Below are positions 46,301-56,172 of a DNA stretch of 64,000 bases, piece after piece. The notes below the pieces were generated by a model. That model did not search any database. It saw nothing but the letters and a program-made list of their open reading frames with translations, and was not told where the DNA came from. How positions within the stretch are numbered: position 1 is the first letter of the stretch; each line of letters begins with the position of its first letter. Source of the DNA: an uncultured Candidatus Saccharibacteria bacterium. Its GTDB lineage: Bacteria > Patescibacteriota > Minisyncoccia > Phycocordibacterales > CSBR16-119. The stretch lies in contig CAYRQF010000004.1 in NCBI GenBank assembly GCA_964426385.1, positions 12,573 to 76,572 of the forward strand, in the 5' to 3' direction. The position numbers and the translations under genes were made by a program.

Positions 46301-46337
46301 GCCTGGCCAGGGAGGACGAGTCTACATCTCCTGGTAA
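43308..46337 (+). CDS. exported fibre/adhesin-like protein with two glycine-rich domains
   Basis: Signal peptide; WTEP..PP..N..PPVNVG..GQTK; GQVL...WVDP repeats; GAGGGGGG domains. Confidence 0.85.
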   Translation: MSFLRSKIFVAIFSMLAMVIQPYAVFAQDFSWTEPSGPPLDNNVAPPVNVGPVGQTKDGEFFIMKQGGNGFAVPFSSASFGTYLPGIFGGPAIDYPSTVNIYGNLLYRPDGTAGATPPAGQVLSTGVNGYAKWVDPATLVGSGSTLPTCTANQVLQVNQTGTWSCGTGATSATLPVGTNGQTLRYNSTMAQWEPTSVVTVTGTGPAVVGVGSGAGNSTGVINIMTSSTVPNAHIEVASPSIMLRPGSSPIQAGQVLTSTTTQGHIGWVDPITLLGSLLPNGTSGQTFVHNGTNWTATDKLTHSQASVAIPAPYEGDFNPDGFMSKITNDVFMLDTAKASLGRAGQGYVNIYGQNAGALSNNFTFTPMVGQTQNVNFFSDNVKFAGPFQNNQWDSKLGRLLFSKDDEGSIKWSRGLEYQEDFEGMYNIFGVVDDADDADDIPLLWSEGLTFLQGDTTIDGLTTINNDLVVSTEGDLFLEGVNYPSASDNVKHLCLRMSDKQVVRCEPQNVIGEVPQTETRTGIFTETFGPGSGPGVSFPRPNQAPGDVTVKICGAGGGGGGGGRGWEDGSENGHGGGGGGGGGKGDCITTDITGLSGTELTWNIGSGGTGGSPGNIDVVYQPQPSQTNADTSASSGQPGAGTQVSYEGNQIGSVLGGAGGYAGANASGSGPGVGGSGGSSNINIATAGWHKGSNGQISTDNATEMGQGGVGGKGENNVTGQGGNGGSGGQPFSGSQFGNAGQQGASGYGGGGGGGGSGKWYDYLYSLSNQQNQDNAIRNHGGWGGNGGSGYVQLTYYVYIEEPAAPTSEEFLASGSFDLSQIPTDDPNLDVTFEVWGAGGGGGGAGTATPPSGSYVRRGGGGGAGGYGTITVDRSALPNTGTLAITVGNGGTAGTITTSGGNGGQTVVAGAMSITVEGGEGGSKKVYGQTCAPVIAQGGDTISGAALTAGGDGGSCGEPAVNPPPTGYGGGGVQSVGGYGGGGVGASVNYLGAQTVAPQPGQGGRVYISW

Positions 46338-46361
46338 TTAAAGAAAAACATTATTAATAAC

Positions 46362-46393
46362 AGCAAAAAACCCGGACAGCCGGGTTTTTTGCT
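46362..46393 (+). terminator. intrinsic terminator overlapping the tpiA -10 box
   Basis: agcaaaaaacccgg-acag-ccgggttttttgct. Confidence 0.75.
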
Positions 46394-46404
46394 ACAATAT
46401 TGGA

Positions 46405-47172
46405 ATGATAAAAAAGCAAAAAGTTCTCGTCGTAGGAAACTGGAAAGCCAATCCTGACACTCTGAAGCTTGCTAAAGATAACCTGACAGCGGTCAAGAAG
46501 ATTAGCGCTAGAAACAAGAACGTTGATATCGTCATATGTCCTCCTGTTATATTTCTCGAAAGTCTAAAGAGTAACTCTCGGCCTATCACGCTAGGCGCGC
46601 AGGATATCTTTACCGAACCAAGCGGGCCGTTTACCGGATACATCGGCTACGAGGCTCTCCGTGACACCAAAGTTAAGTACGCTATCATCGGCCATTCTGA
46701 GCGCCGTGAATCTGGTGAGAGTGATGGAGATATAAACAGGAAGATCAAAACGGCTTTGTCTATCGGTATCACACCGATAGTCTGCGTCGGCGAGAAACAC
46801 CGTGACGCCAACCTCGAGTATTTGAGTTATCTGAAAACACAGCTTCACTCAGCCTTCAAAGAAGTCGCGAAATCATCTGTTCAGAAAATAGTTATTGCCT
46901 ACGAGCCTATATGGGCGATAGGGAAACATGCCAAGCGAGATGCTAAGCCGTCCGAAATTGAAGAGATGGTGATATTCATAAGGAGGGTTATAGGAGATAT
47001 TTATCATACTAAAAGCGTTCCACCAATACGTATCATTTACGGAGGCTCAGTCAGTCCAAATAACGTAGCTGACATATATATAAGTTCTCATGTTGATGGA
47101 TTCTTGGTTGGTCGTGCAAGCCTCACCCCAAAAATATTTGGTGAGATTATCGATAAAGTAAGCAAACTATAA
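46405..47172 (+). CDS. tpiA: triosephosphate isomerase
   Basis: GNWK, IIGHSERR, IAYEPIWAIG, YGGSV, DGFLVGRASL. Confidence 0.97.
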   Translation: MIKKQKVLVVGNWKANPDTLKLAKDNLTAVKKISARNKNVDIVICPPVIFLESLKSNSRPITLGAQDIFTEPSGPFTGYIGYEALRDTKVKYAIIGHSERRESGESDGDINRKIKTALSIGITPIVCVGEKHRDANLEYLSYLKTQLHSAFKEVAKSSVQKIVIAYEPIWAIGKHAKRDAKPSEIEEMVIFIRRVIGDIYHTKSVPPIRIIYGGSVSPNNVADIYISSHVDGFLVGRASLTPKIFGEIIDKVSKL

Positions 47173-48173
47173 TGAAAAGCATCAGAGAAGTCACAGACTT
47201 AACAGAAAAAATCGTGCTTCTGCGCGTCGACTTCAACGTGCCAGTAGGGGACGATGGTGTTGTCGATGAGAGTGAGGACTTTCGTATCCGAAGGACTCTC
47301 GGAACTATCGAATATCTTGAGAATATAGGTGCGCGCATAATAATCATTAGCCATATTGATGAGGAGAGTGGGAGCACCACATTGCTTCCCGTCTATAACT
47401 ATCTGATGGGTCACTTTAAATTAGCATTCGCTCGAAACATAGCTGATGCCAAGACTTTTATCGGGAGTGTACAGATAGTACTCCTAGAAAATATTCGACA
47501 GTATGAGGGCGAGAAGATAAACGATCCGGAATTCGCCGCCGAGCTCGCAGGATTAGGGCATATATATGTGAATGAGGCTTTCTCGGTCTCTCATCGGGAG
47601 CACGCATCTATAGTCGGGTTGCCAAAACTGATGCCAAGTTATGCCGGACTTAACATGATAGAGGAAGTGAAAAATCTTTCATATGTATTAGGAAAGCCGG
47701 AACAGCCCTACATCGCTCTCGTTGGTGGAGCGAAACTTGAGAGTAAACGTCCTGTGATAGATAAACTCATGAGTGTGGCCGATGAAGTTCTAGTGGGCGG
47801 TAGGATAGGGCTCGATTGGTCCGAGGAGTTGCCGGACAACGTCTGTCTACCAAAGGATTACACGGAAGATGAGCTAGATATCGGACCTCAGACAATCGAA
47901 AGCTACAAGGAGTTGATAAAACTTTCAAAGACAGTGCTCTGGGCGGGGCCGATGGGTCAGTTCGAGCAGGAAGGGAACGAAAAGGGTACTAGAGCTGTAG
48001 CCGAAGCTATAATTTCCTCTGGAGCATACTCAGTAGTTGGTGGCGGTGATACTGCCAAGGCTCTAGCCAAGTTCGGACTTCTCGAAAAATTTACCTTTGT
48101 TTCTACTGGCGGTGGGGCAGTGCTTGAGTATATTGCTAACGGCACGCTTCCAGGTATAGAGGCCCTCGGATAG
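47172..48173 (+). CDS. pgk: phosphoglycerate kinase
   Basis: LRVDFNVP, LLENIR, GGAK, VVGGGDT, STGGGA. Confidence 0.97.
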   Translation: MKSIREVTDLTEKIVLLRVDFNVPVGDDGVVDESEDFRIRRTLGTIEYLENIGARIIIISHIDEESGSTTLLPVYNYLMGHFKLAFARNIADAKTFIGSVQIVLLENIRQYEGEKINDPEFAAELAGLGHIYVNEAFSVSHREHASIVGLPKLMPSYAGLNMIEEVKNLSYVLGKPEQPYIALVGGAKLESKRPVIDKLMSVADEVLVGGRIGLDWSEELPDNVCLPKDYTEDELDIGPQTIESYKELIKLSKTVLWAGPMGQFEQEGNEKGTRAVAEAIISSGAYSVVGGGDTAKALAKFGLLEKFTFVSTGGGAVLEYIANGTLPGIEALG

Positions 48174-48254
48174 ATTTCCACAGTGGATTACTAGAAATAG
48201 GTCTATAATTACTGGGTCTAAGTTTTATAACTAATTATTATTTGGTTTTGAAAA

Positions 48255-48983
48255 ATGAAAAAATCTAAACTCACAGAAAAAAGGATGCTGATAGGCCTAA
48301 TAGCCCTTCTCTTTGTTGTAACATTCGTACACACCATAGGGATATTGAATATCTCTGAAGAGGTATCTAATGTACCAGCTGATTCTCAAAAAGCTCAGGT
48401 CGCAACGCTCTCAATTTGTCTTCAGGTGACACCACTATATAACATAGTGGAACCAGGAGAATATGTTACAGAGGGTCTGTATCCTGCGGTTACAACCTAT
48501 ATGTACTTCAATATTAAAAATCTTTGTACTGCTACTATAAATATCTTCAATCCTGGAGTGGGGTACACTACTCCTACTTTACAGAACCTTCAAACCAGGC
48601 AAGCAAACGGAAACCCGATGAATATATTAAGTCCCCAGCACCCCAACTATAATATTAACTACTACGCTGAGTTCGTAGAGTGCTTTAATTGTAGTAACGG
48701 AACTTTGACATACCCTTCTACTGCCGTGGGTACGCCTCCGACCGTGTATGTCCATCCTATTGCCCCTCAACAGACACGTACTATCATATTTACTAATGTT
48801 ACAGGGATGACGGACGTATCTGAGTGGCCTATCAGAGTTGCACCGAAAGCTATAAAGTGGATAGCTCAGAGTGCTCTTACAAACGGACAGGTTCAGCAGG
48901 GTGAAATTATTACAACTCCGATTCCTGCGACAAATGCAGCTACTTGGGCGAGTGATTTCATCGAGCCAGCTTACGAGCAGTAA
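48255..48983 (+). CDS. membrane-anchored/exported hypothetical protein
   Basis: N-terminal hydrophobic helix; 242-aa ORF. Confidence 0.75.
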   Translation: MKKSKLTEKRMLIGLIALLFVVTFVHTIGILNISEEVSNVPADSQKAQVATLSICLQVTPLYNIVEPGEYVTEGLYPAVTTYMYFNIKNLCTATINIFNPGVGYTTPTLQNLQTRQANGNPMNILSPQHPNYNINYYAEFVECFNCSNGTLTYPSTAVGTPPTVYVHPIAPQQTRTIIFTNVTGMTDVSEWPIRVAPKAIKWIAQSALTNGQVQQGEIITTPIPATNAATWASDFIEPAYEQ

Positions 48984-49001
48984 AATATAGGATAAACGAA
49001 C

Positions 49002-49028
49002 AAGGACCCCTCCATCGGAGGGGTCCTT
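49002..49028. terminator. terminator hairpin between convergent genes
   Basis: aaggacccctcc-atc-ggaggggtcctt. Confidence 0.7.
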
Positions 49029-49054
49029 TCGTTGCGAGGCGTGCAACTAACGTG

Positions 49055-50071
49055 CTAGTGCTTCACTATGCGTTGAGGTGTCTCATTCCCAACCCTGCAT
49101 AGGTACATCCCCACTGGGAGATCTCGGAGAGACACGACTCCGTTTGAGGGTGTTACTCCGAGCCAAACGGTCTTGCCACTCATGTCTGAGATAACTAGAT
49201 GCTCGGGACGGCCTGAGTTACTGACGGTAATAACATCATCGAATGGGTTTGGAAACACCACTGTCTGATGTATTGCTTGATCAGCAATCTCGGTGCTGAT
49301 GTCTCCAGCGGTGAAGCAAGGAGATTGATCGGTTGCAACCACTCCGGACATGCTTGGTCCGAATTCTCCAGCGATGCTATCCTCGGTGTGTATCAAGCTG
49401 GCTTCAGCTCGAAGCTCTACGAGGGATCCACTGTAGTCAAAAACGAAAGTGTGGTGATCGGACAGATCGCTCGACTGAGGCTGACGCTCAGATGCGATGA
49501 CGGAATCGTCGGAGCATCTTACCAGTCGAACCTCTACTTCGGACTTCTTGTATCCGCAGTCGTAGAACATATTGGGGGCGAGGTTCCAGTCTTCGGCGTG
49601 TACATCAACAGTGATCTGGTCGCCTGAGATGACTGGCGACTGCTCAATGTTGAAGTATGACGGCGGACTGTATACTCGTCCACCCATGGGGTCGTAGCTA
49701 CTTTCATAGTAAGCCGTATTTTCGCCGGGGTTAAAGATGGCGAAAGCAACGTTTACGTTGTAGTGTGTGCCCCAAGGAAAAATGGGGAAGTACTCCAGTG
49801 TGATCGAGTCAACACCCGGTTCGTAGATCGTTCGAATGACTGAATGCAGGGTTTGGCCGTTCAGTGTGGCGGAAATGGTCTTGGGTCCGGCATCAGTCCA
49901 GCACGTCTCGAAAACGAACCACACTTTGTAGGGCTCAAGACTGAGACCTCCGATGGGATTCTCAGTCGAGGCGCACGGCGAGTAGAGGGGGCGGACTGGT
50001 GCGATGCACTGTCCGAAACTGGTGGGAATGAGGGCGCAAAGAAGCGCTAGGGTGACAAAGAGCTTTTTCAT
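49055..50071 (-). CDS. exported protein with a T9SS type A C-terminal sorting-like domain
   Basis: Signal peptide ending SFG-Q; C-terminus VFPNPFDD...ISDMSGKTV...LPVGMYL. Confidence 0.85.
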   Translation of the reverse strand: MKKLFVTLALLCALIPTSFGQCIAPVRPLYSPCASTENPIGGLSLEPYKVWFVFETCWTDAGPKTISATLNGQTLHSVIRTIYEPGVDSITLEYFPIFPWGTHYNVNVAFAIFNPGENTAYYESSYDPMGGRVYSPPSYFNIEQSPVISGDQITVDVHAEDWNLAPNMFYDCGYKKSEVEVRLVRCSDDSVIASERQPQSSDLSDHHTFVFDYSGSLVELRAEASLIHTEDSIAGEFGPSMSGVVATDQSPCFTAGDISTEIADQAIHQTVVFPNPFDDVITVSNSGRPEHLVISDMSGKTVWLGVTPSNGVVSLRDLPVGMYLCRVGNETPQRIVKH

Positions 50072-50104
50072 GGGTCAGGAGTTTTGGTCTGAGGTTTCGT
50101 TCGG

Positions 50105-50133
50105 ACTATACCACGAAAGACTATAATAGTCAA
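50105..50133 (-). promoter_or_regulatory. sigma70 promoter with extended -10 and an overlapping palindrome
   Basis: Minus strand TTGACT-17 nt-(TGG)TATAGT; palindrome gactat-a-atagtc at 50119-50131. Confidence 0.65.
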
Positions 50134-50139
50134 ATAGGG

Positions 50140-50252
50140 CTACGCAAAATGTAAGCTTTCTCAAATCCTCGAAGACGCAAGCGCCGGCTTTTGCCTAAAA
50201 CGGCAAAACCGGTTACGTTCTCGGATTTTCGAAAGCTTACATTTTGCTCCGC
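50140..50252 (+). repeat. long palindromic repeat, first module only (copy 3)
   Basis: Near-identical to 11736-11848 (I count five substitutions). Confidence 0.9.
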
Positions 50253-50268
50253 AGAGAGGGAGTTATTT

Positions 50269-50661
50269 TTAGAGATAAGCCTTTATTTTTTGGGCTATTT
50301 GCTCCTTTTCTCCCTCCTCATACTTTTTGATAGGGGATTCTGGAATAGGCTCGTCATTTGACCTGGGTATCAAGTGTATATGAAGATGATCTGGTACACC
50401 GATCCCGACTATCTCTACCTGTACATAATCACACCCAATACTTGAAATCATGGCAGTAATAATTTCTTTGGACTTTATAATCAAATACTTCAGTAAATCG
50501 TCTGGAACAAACTGAATACGGCCGACTTTTTCTTTGGGCACAAGAAGCAGATGACCCTTGGATTGTGGGCTAATATCTATAAAGGCTAGACATTTATCAT
50601 CCTCATAGACTTTGGTGGCCGGTATCTCGCCATCAATAATTTTCTCAAAAACGGTTTTCAT
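50269..50661 (-). CDS. HIT family nucleotide hydrolase
   Basis: TVFEKIIDGEIP, AFIDISP..GHLL, HLHIHLIPR. Confidence 0.93.
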   Translation of the reverse strand: MKTVFEKIIDGEIPATKVYEDDKCLAFIDISPQSKGHLLLVPKEKVGRIQFVPDDLLKYLIIKSKEIITAMISSIGCDYVQVEIVGIGVPDHLHIHLIPRSNDEPIPESPIKKYEEGEKEQIAQKIKAYL

Positions 50662-50668
50662 ACCCACA

Positions 50669-50686
50669 ATTGTAACATGCTACAAT
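50669..50686. promoter_or_regulatory. back-to-back extended -10 boxes for divergent HIT and recJ
   Basis: attgtaacatgctacaat reads TGnTACAAT on both strands, each 7 nt from an in-frame ATG. Confidence 0.7.
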
Positions 50687-50693
50687 GACGTTC

Positions 50694-52397
50694 ATGCCTT
50701 TGAAGCCTATCCCTAAAAAAGTTGAAAAAGAGCTCGAAAAATACCCACCTCTGACTCAGAGACTTCTTTTTAATCGCGGGATTGTGACGAAAGAAGAGGC
50801 TGAGACATTCATGAATCCTTCGTACGAGGACCATGTCTACGATCCGTTCCTTATGTCTCGACTCGAGGAGGCTGTGGATCGGATATACGTAGCAGTGAAG
50901 AGTGACGAAAAGATTTCCATATTTGCAGATTATGACTGCGATGGCATACCGGGAGCCGTTGTCATGAATGACTTTTTCCATCTCATAAAATATGAGAATT
51001 TTGAAATATATATTCCTGACAGACACAAAGAGGGTTATGGCTTAAACCGTATGGCACTCCAAGATATAGCTGATAGGGGAGGTAGCCTCGTTATCACAGT
51101 AGACCTCGGTATTACAGCCGTTGACGATGTTGAGTTTGCCAAGAGTCTCGGGTTGTTTGTCATCGTGACCGACCATCACCTTCCTCAGGATGTTTTGCCG
51201 GATACTCTAGTTGTGAATCCGAAACAACCAGGAGATACATATCCAGATAACATGCTCTGCGGGGCAGGGGTGGCGTTCAAAGTAGTTCAGGGATTTGTAA
51301 AAAAATACGGCGAAGAGTTCGGGGTGAAAGAAAGTGCACTCAAGTGGATGCTCGACATGGTCGGACTCGCGACACTAGCCGATATGGTACCGCTCCGCGA
51401 TGAGAATAGGGCGCTCGCATACTACGGTCTCAAGGTCCTGAGACAGACTAGACGGCCTGGACTACTCCAGTTATTACGCCGAGTAAATATTGACCCTCGA
51501 ACGCTACAAGAAGAAGACCTGACATTTTCTATATGCCCGAAACTTAACGCCGCATCTAGGATGGATACACCGATGCGAGCATTCGAACTCCTAGCGGCGA
51601 ATGATGATGGAACCGCCGGGCTCAAAGCCATGCATCTAACGAAAATGAACGATGAGCGCAAGACTCTGGTTGCAACCATGATGCGAAGCGTCAAGAAAAC
51701 GTTCGCTCATCCAGAGCGTATAGATAGGTCTGTCATAGTCATCGGGGATCCAACTTGGCGGGCGGGGGTGCTCGGACTAGTTGCGGGAAAAATTGTCGAT
51801 GAGTTCAAGAAGCCAGCGTTCGTCTGGGGTCTCGAGGGTGGGACGGTCATCAAGGGCTCGTGTCGCTCTGACGGTACAGTTAACCTTGTCGACATGATGA
51901 AGTGCCTACCTGCAAATGGGTTACTCGAGTTCGGCGGACATGCTGGCGCTGGGGGATTCTCTGTTTCTTATGAAGAGATTCATTTCCTAGAGGAGCGTCT
52001 AGTCGAGGCCTATGACAAAACAAAAATCGCGAAAGTTGATAGTGCTGAGGGGGTAGAGATTGATACAGAACTAACACTCGACGAGGTAAACGAGAGAACC
52101 TGGAACGAGATTGAGAAGCTTGCGCCGTTCGGTGCCGCGAATCCGAAACCGGTATTCCTCCTCCGCGATATCGAAGTGAGAGATATAAAAATATTCGGCA
52201 AAGCCAAGGATCACCTCGAGCTATCATTTCTTGATTCGAACGAAAGGCGAGTGAAAGCTATCAGCTTCTTCAAGTCTCCAAGTGACTACGGTGACAAGGT
52301 TAAGTTGGGGGCGAAGATTAATCTCTATGCCAATATGGAAAAATCAGTTTTTGGGTATAAGAAGGAGATAAGGCTTCGGATAATCGAAATAAAGTAA
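50694..52397 (+). CDS. recJ: single-stranded-DNA-specific exonuclease RecJ
   Basis: DYDCDG, ITVDLG, TDHH, GLATLADMVPL, GSCRS, GGHAGAGG (track start 50685). Confidence 0.96.
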   Translation: MPLKPIPKKVEKELEKYPPLTQRLLFNRGIVTKEEAETFMNPSYEDHVYDPFLMSRLEEAVDRIYVAVKSDEKISIFADYDCDGIPGAVVMNDFFHLIKYENFEIYIPDRHKEGYGLNRMALQDIADRGGSLVITVDLGITAVDDVEFAKSLGLFVIVTDHHLPQDVLPDTLVVNPKQPGDTYPDNMLCGAGVAFKVVQGFVKKYGEEFGVKESALKWMLDMVGLATLADMVPLRDENRALAYYGLKVLRQTRRPGLLQLLRRVNIDPRTLQEEDLTFSICPKLNAASRMDTPMRAFELLAANDDGTAGLKAMHLTKMNDERKTLVATMMRSVKKTFAHPERIDRSVIVIGDPTWRAGVLGLVAGKIVDEFKKPAFVWGLEGGTVIKGSCRSDGTVNLVDMMKCLPANGLLEFGGHAGAGGFSVSYEEIHFLEERLVEAYDKTKIAKVDSAEGVEIDTELTLDEVNERTWNEIEKLAPFGAANPKPVFLLRDIEVRDIKIFGKAKDHLELSFLDSNERRVKAISFFKSPSDYGDKVKLGAKINLYANMEKSVFGYKKEIRLRIIEIK

Positions 52398-52429
52398 AAG
52401 AAAACCCCTCAACTGAGGGGTTTTCTTTT
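52396..52429. terminator. bidirectional terminator
   Basis: aaaagaaaacccctc-aact-gaggggttttctttt between recJ and rplT. Confidence 0.8.
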
Positions 52430-52436
52430 GGTTAGA

Positions 52437-52784
52437 CTACTTGTTTACTGAGTCAAATATTCTCTTGAATGCTTCTGGGTGATTCACTGCGATATCGGCT
52501 AGGACTTTGCGATCGAGGCCAACGTTGTGTTTCTTGAGGGCAGCGATGAATCGTGAGTATGTCATGCCGAGTGGTCTGACAGCAGCGTTTAGCTTGGCCT
52601 GCCAGAGAGCTCTGGCATCAGCCTTCTTGTCCTTTCTGTGGGCGAAAGCATGGTATCCAGCGTGCTTGATGGCAACCTTTGCCTCACGCTCTTTGGTTGA
52701 ACGACCGAAACGATAGCCTTTGACCTTGGCCAGGACATTCTTTCTCCTCTTTAATGAAATTGTTCCTCTTTTTACTCTTGGCAT
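52437..52784 (-). CDS. rplT: 50S ribosomal protein L20
   Basis: MPRVKRG...KGYRFGRS...YSRFI...LDRKVLADIAV. Confidence 0.97.
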   Translation of the reverse strand: MPRVKRGTISLKRRKNVLAKVKGYRFGRSTKEREAKVAIKHAGYHAFAHRKDKKADARALWQAKLNAAVRPLGMTYSRFIAALKKHNVGLDRKVLADIAVNHPEAFKRIFDSVNK

Positions 52785-52787
52785 ATA

Positions 52788-53039
52788 TTATTTGTTATCG
52801 GCAGCAGCTCTCGCCGGTGCATCCTTGTTAACTCTCGGCTTTCGGACTTTGATGTTTAGGTGAGGGAAGTATCGTCCGCGGTCTTTGTTCGAGAGTGTGA
52901 AGTCGATGGCCGTCTTGCCCTGGAGCTGTTTTCGGCGCTTCTGTTTCGCATTGAAATGGTTAAATCCCGGCTTTCGAGCTTTAAGCTTGCCGTTCTTTGT
53001 TATTCGTATTCTTTTTGTAAGTGATTTCTTTGTTTTCAT
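52788..53039 (-). CDS. rpmI: 50S ribosomal protein L35 (C-terminally extended)
   Basis: MKTKKSLTKRIRITKNGK...H; sits between infC and rplT. Confidence 0.92.
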   Translation of the reverse strand: MKTKKSLTKRIRITKNGKLKARKPGFNHFNAKQKRRKQLQGKTAIDFTLSNKDRGRYFPHLNIKVRKPRVNKDAPARAAADNK

Positions 53040-53043
53040 AAAT

Positions 53044-53565
53044 TTAGTTCTTTTTGGTGTTGTCTCTCTCGAGAGTGACCATCATACCGCGAGGGCTCGG
53101 CTTCATCGGTTCGGCTATCTTGTAAGTTGCGGTGATGAGGTTCAGGACTCTGTCCAGACGCTCCTTCTTGAAATTCTGCTCGGTGTACTTCGAGCGTCCT
53201 ACGAGGTAGAGCTCCACTTTGACTCGATGTCCTTCTTCTAGCCATTCAGAGGCTTTTTTTGCCTTTAGCTCCAGGTCATTCTCGCCAGTTGCGATCTTGA
53301 TCTGGATGGATTTGGTCTCAGTCTTGTGGGCTTTCGACTTGGCTTCTTTCAGTTTCTTGTTTTGTTCGTACTGAAATTTACCATAATCCATTATTTTTGC
53401 AATAGGCGGGACGGCGGTCGCAGTAATCTCGATGAGATCGAGTCCACGTTCTTCGGCGAGCGCTATGGCATCTTTGGTCTTCATCACGCCGAGTTTCGCG
53501 TCCTCGTCGCCGATGAGTCTGACCTCCAGACTCCTTATTTCATTGTTTATTCGGTTTCGGATCAA
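53044..53565 (-). CDS. infC: translation initiation factor IF-3
   Basis: RINNEIR..EVRLI...LDLIEI...PPIAKIMDYGKFQYE; TTG start. Confidence 0.96.
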   Translation of the reverse strand: MIRNRINNEIRSLEVRLIGDEDAKLGVMKTKDAIALAEERGLDLIEITATAVPPIAKIMDYGKFQYEQNKKLKEAKSKAHKTETKSIQIKIATGENDLELKAKKASEWLEEGHRVKVELYLVGRSKYTEQNFKKERLDRVLNLITATYKIAEPMKPSPRGMMVTLERDNTKKN

Positions 53566-53690
53566 TTCTTTATTCTAGTTCTTACTTATGATTAAGTCCT
53601 CGAATTCTAGCTTATATATATAGTATCGTCAATCATTTCAGGCTTTTTTGGCCTTGTGTTAAAAAAGCATGTCTAGGCTAGGGCAAAACC

Positions 53691-53719
53691 TTGACTTCAT
53701 ATTATCTTTTATATAGTAT
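53691..53719 (+). promoter_or_regulatory. sigma70 promoter of the tuf-S10 operon
   Basis: TTGACT-17 nt-TAGTAT. Confidence 0.65.
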
Positions 53720-53890
53720 GTCCTTACGCTAATTGTGTGACGAGGGTGGTTAATATCCCGCTAAACTAAGGCGGGCTAAATTTATCCGGAGTTTCACGTA
53801 TAGCCTATTATTAAAATTAGTATGTTGGTGGGTCTAATCTAAGAGCGTGTTCTCGTGTTTTAGGTTACGTTCATCAACCAATGTAATTAT

Positions 53891-55090
<1,200 letters not shown>

Positions 55091-55113
55091 CGATTCTTAA
55101 TAGTTCATTAAAT

Positions 55114-55464
55114 ATGGCGACTAAAAAAGCACAATCAAAGACTAAAAAGGCAAGCGATAAAGTAGTGCTTAGGATTCGCGTCCGGGCTTACGAGAACAAG
55201 ATTCTCGATAACTCTGTGAAGCAGATCATTGATACGGCTATGCGCCACGATGCCGGAGTATTGGGCCCAGTGCCTCTTCCGACAGAGATCAAGAAGTACA
55301 CCGTGAATAGCTCACCGTTCGTTTATAAAGATGCGCGAGAACAATTCGAGATCAGGACGCATAAACGTCTTATCGACATCTTGAACCCATCACCGAAAAC
55401 GATCGAGGCTCTCACCAACCTAAACCTTCCTTCAGGCGTCGAGATCGATGTGAAAATGGTCTAA
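55114..55464 (+). CDS. rpsJ: 30S ribosomal protein S10
   Basis: GPVPLPT...[15 protein letters not shown]. Confidence 0.98.
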   Translation: MATKKAQSKTKKASDKVVLRIRVRAYENKILDNSVKQIIDTAMRHDAGVLGPVPLPTEIKKYTVNSSPFVYKDAREQFEIRTHKRLIDILNPSPKTIEALTNLNLPSGVEIDVKMV

Positions 55465-55539
55465 TTAATAGACTAATCAACCGGTTACAATGCCCACGAG
55501 CCGCGTTTGACGCGGTCCGGGGTAACTTAACTAAATATC

Positions 55540-56163
55540 ATGAAATTCATTCTTGGAAAAAAAATAAATATGACTCAGTTCTTCGATGAGGACGGCAAGG
55601 TTTTCCCTGCGACCCTTGTCGATGCTGGACCAATCAAGGTTGTCCAGAGGAAGACTGTCGAGCAGGACGGCTATGAGGCTATCCAGTTCGGCTATGGCGA
55701 AGTAAAGGAGGCGAGAGTCAACAAGGCGGCCAAAGGCCACTTCAAGGATCTCGGTAACTACAGACACCTCAAAGAGTACCGTCTCAAAGGCCCCGAGTCT
55801 TCTGACCTTAAGGTCGGAGACACTCTAGACGCTGGAGTCTTCACCGCTGGCGACACTGTCGTTGTGACAGGCGTTTCCAAGGGTAAGGGCTTCCAGGGTG
55901 TGGTCAAACGTCACGGTTTCAAAGGTGGACGACGCTCTCATGGACAGAAGCACTCTGAGCGCGAACCAGGAACTATCTCCGGAGGCGGAGGACGTGCCGG
56001 AGGTCGCGTGGCCAAAGGTCTACGCATGGGGGGACGCATGGGTGGCGATATCGTCACTGTGAAGAATCTCAAGGTACTCGCCATCGATACTGAAAACAGC
56101 AAGATTCTAGTTAAGGGAGCAATCCCTGGTCGACGTGGAACACTCGTAACCATAATAGGCTAA
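55540..56163 (+). CDS. rplC: 50S ribosomal protein L3
   Basis: GKKINMTQ...SKGKGFQGVVKRHGF...VKGAIPG. Confidence 0.98.
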   Translation: MKFILGKKINMTQFFDEDGKVFPATLVDAGPIKVVQRKTVEQDGYEAIQFGYGEVKEARVNKAAKGHFKDLGNYRHLKEYRLKGPESSDLKVGDTLDAGVFTAGDTVVVTGVSKGKGFQGVVKRHGFKGGRRSHGQKHSEREPGTISGGGGRAGGRVAKGLRMGGRMGGDIVTVKNLKVLAIDTENSKILVKGAIPGRRGTLVTIIG

Positions 56164-56172
56164 TACAAATAT

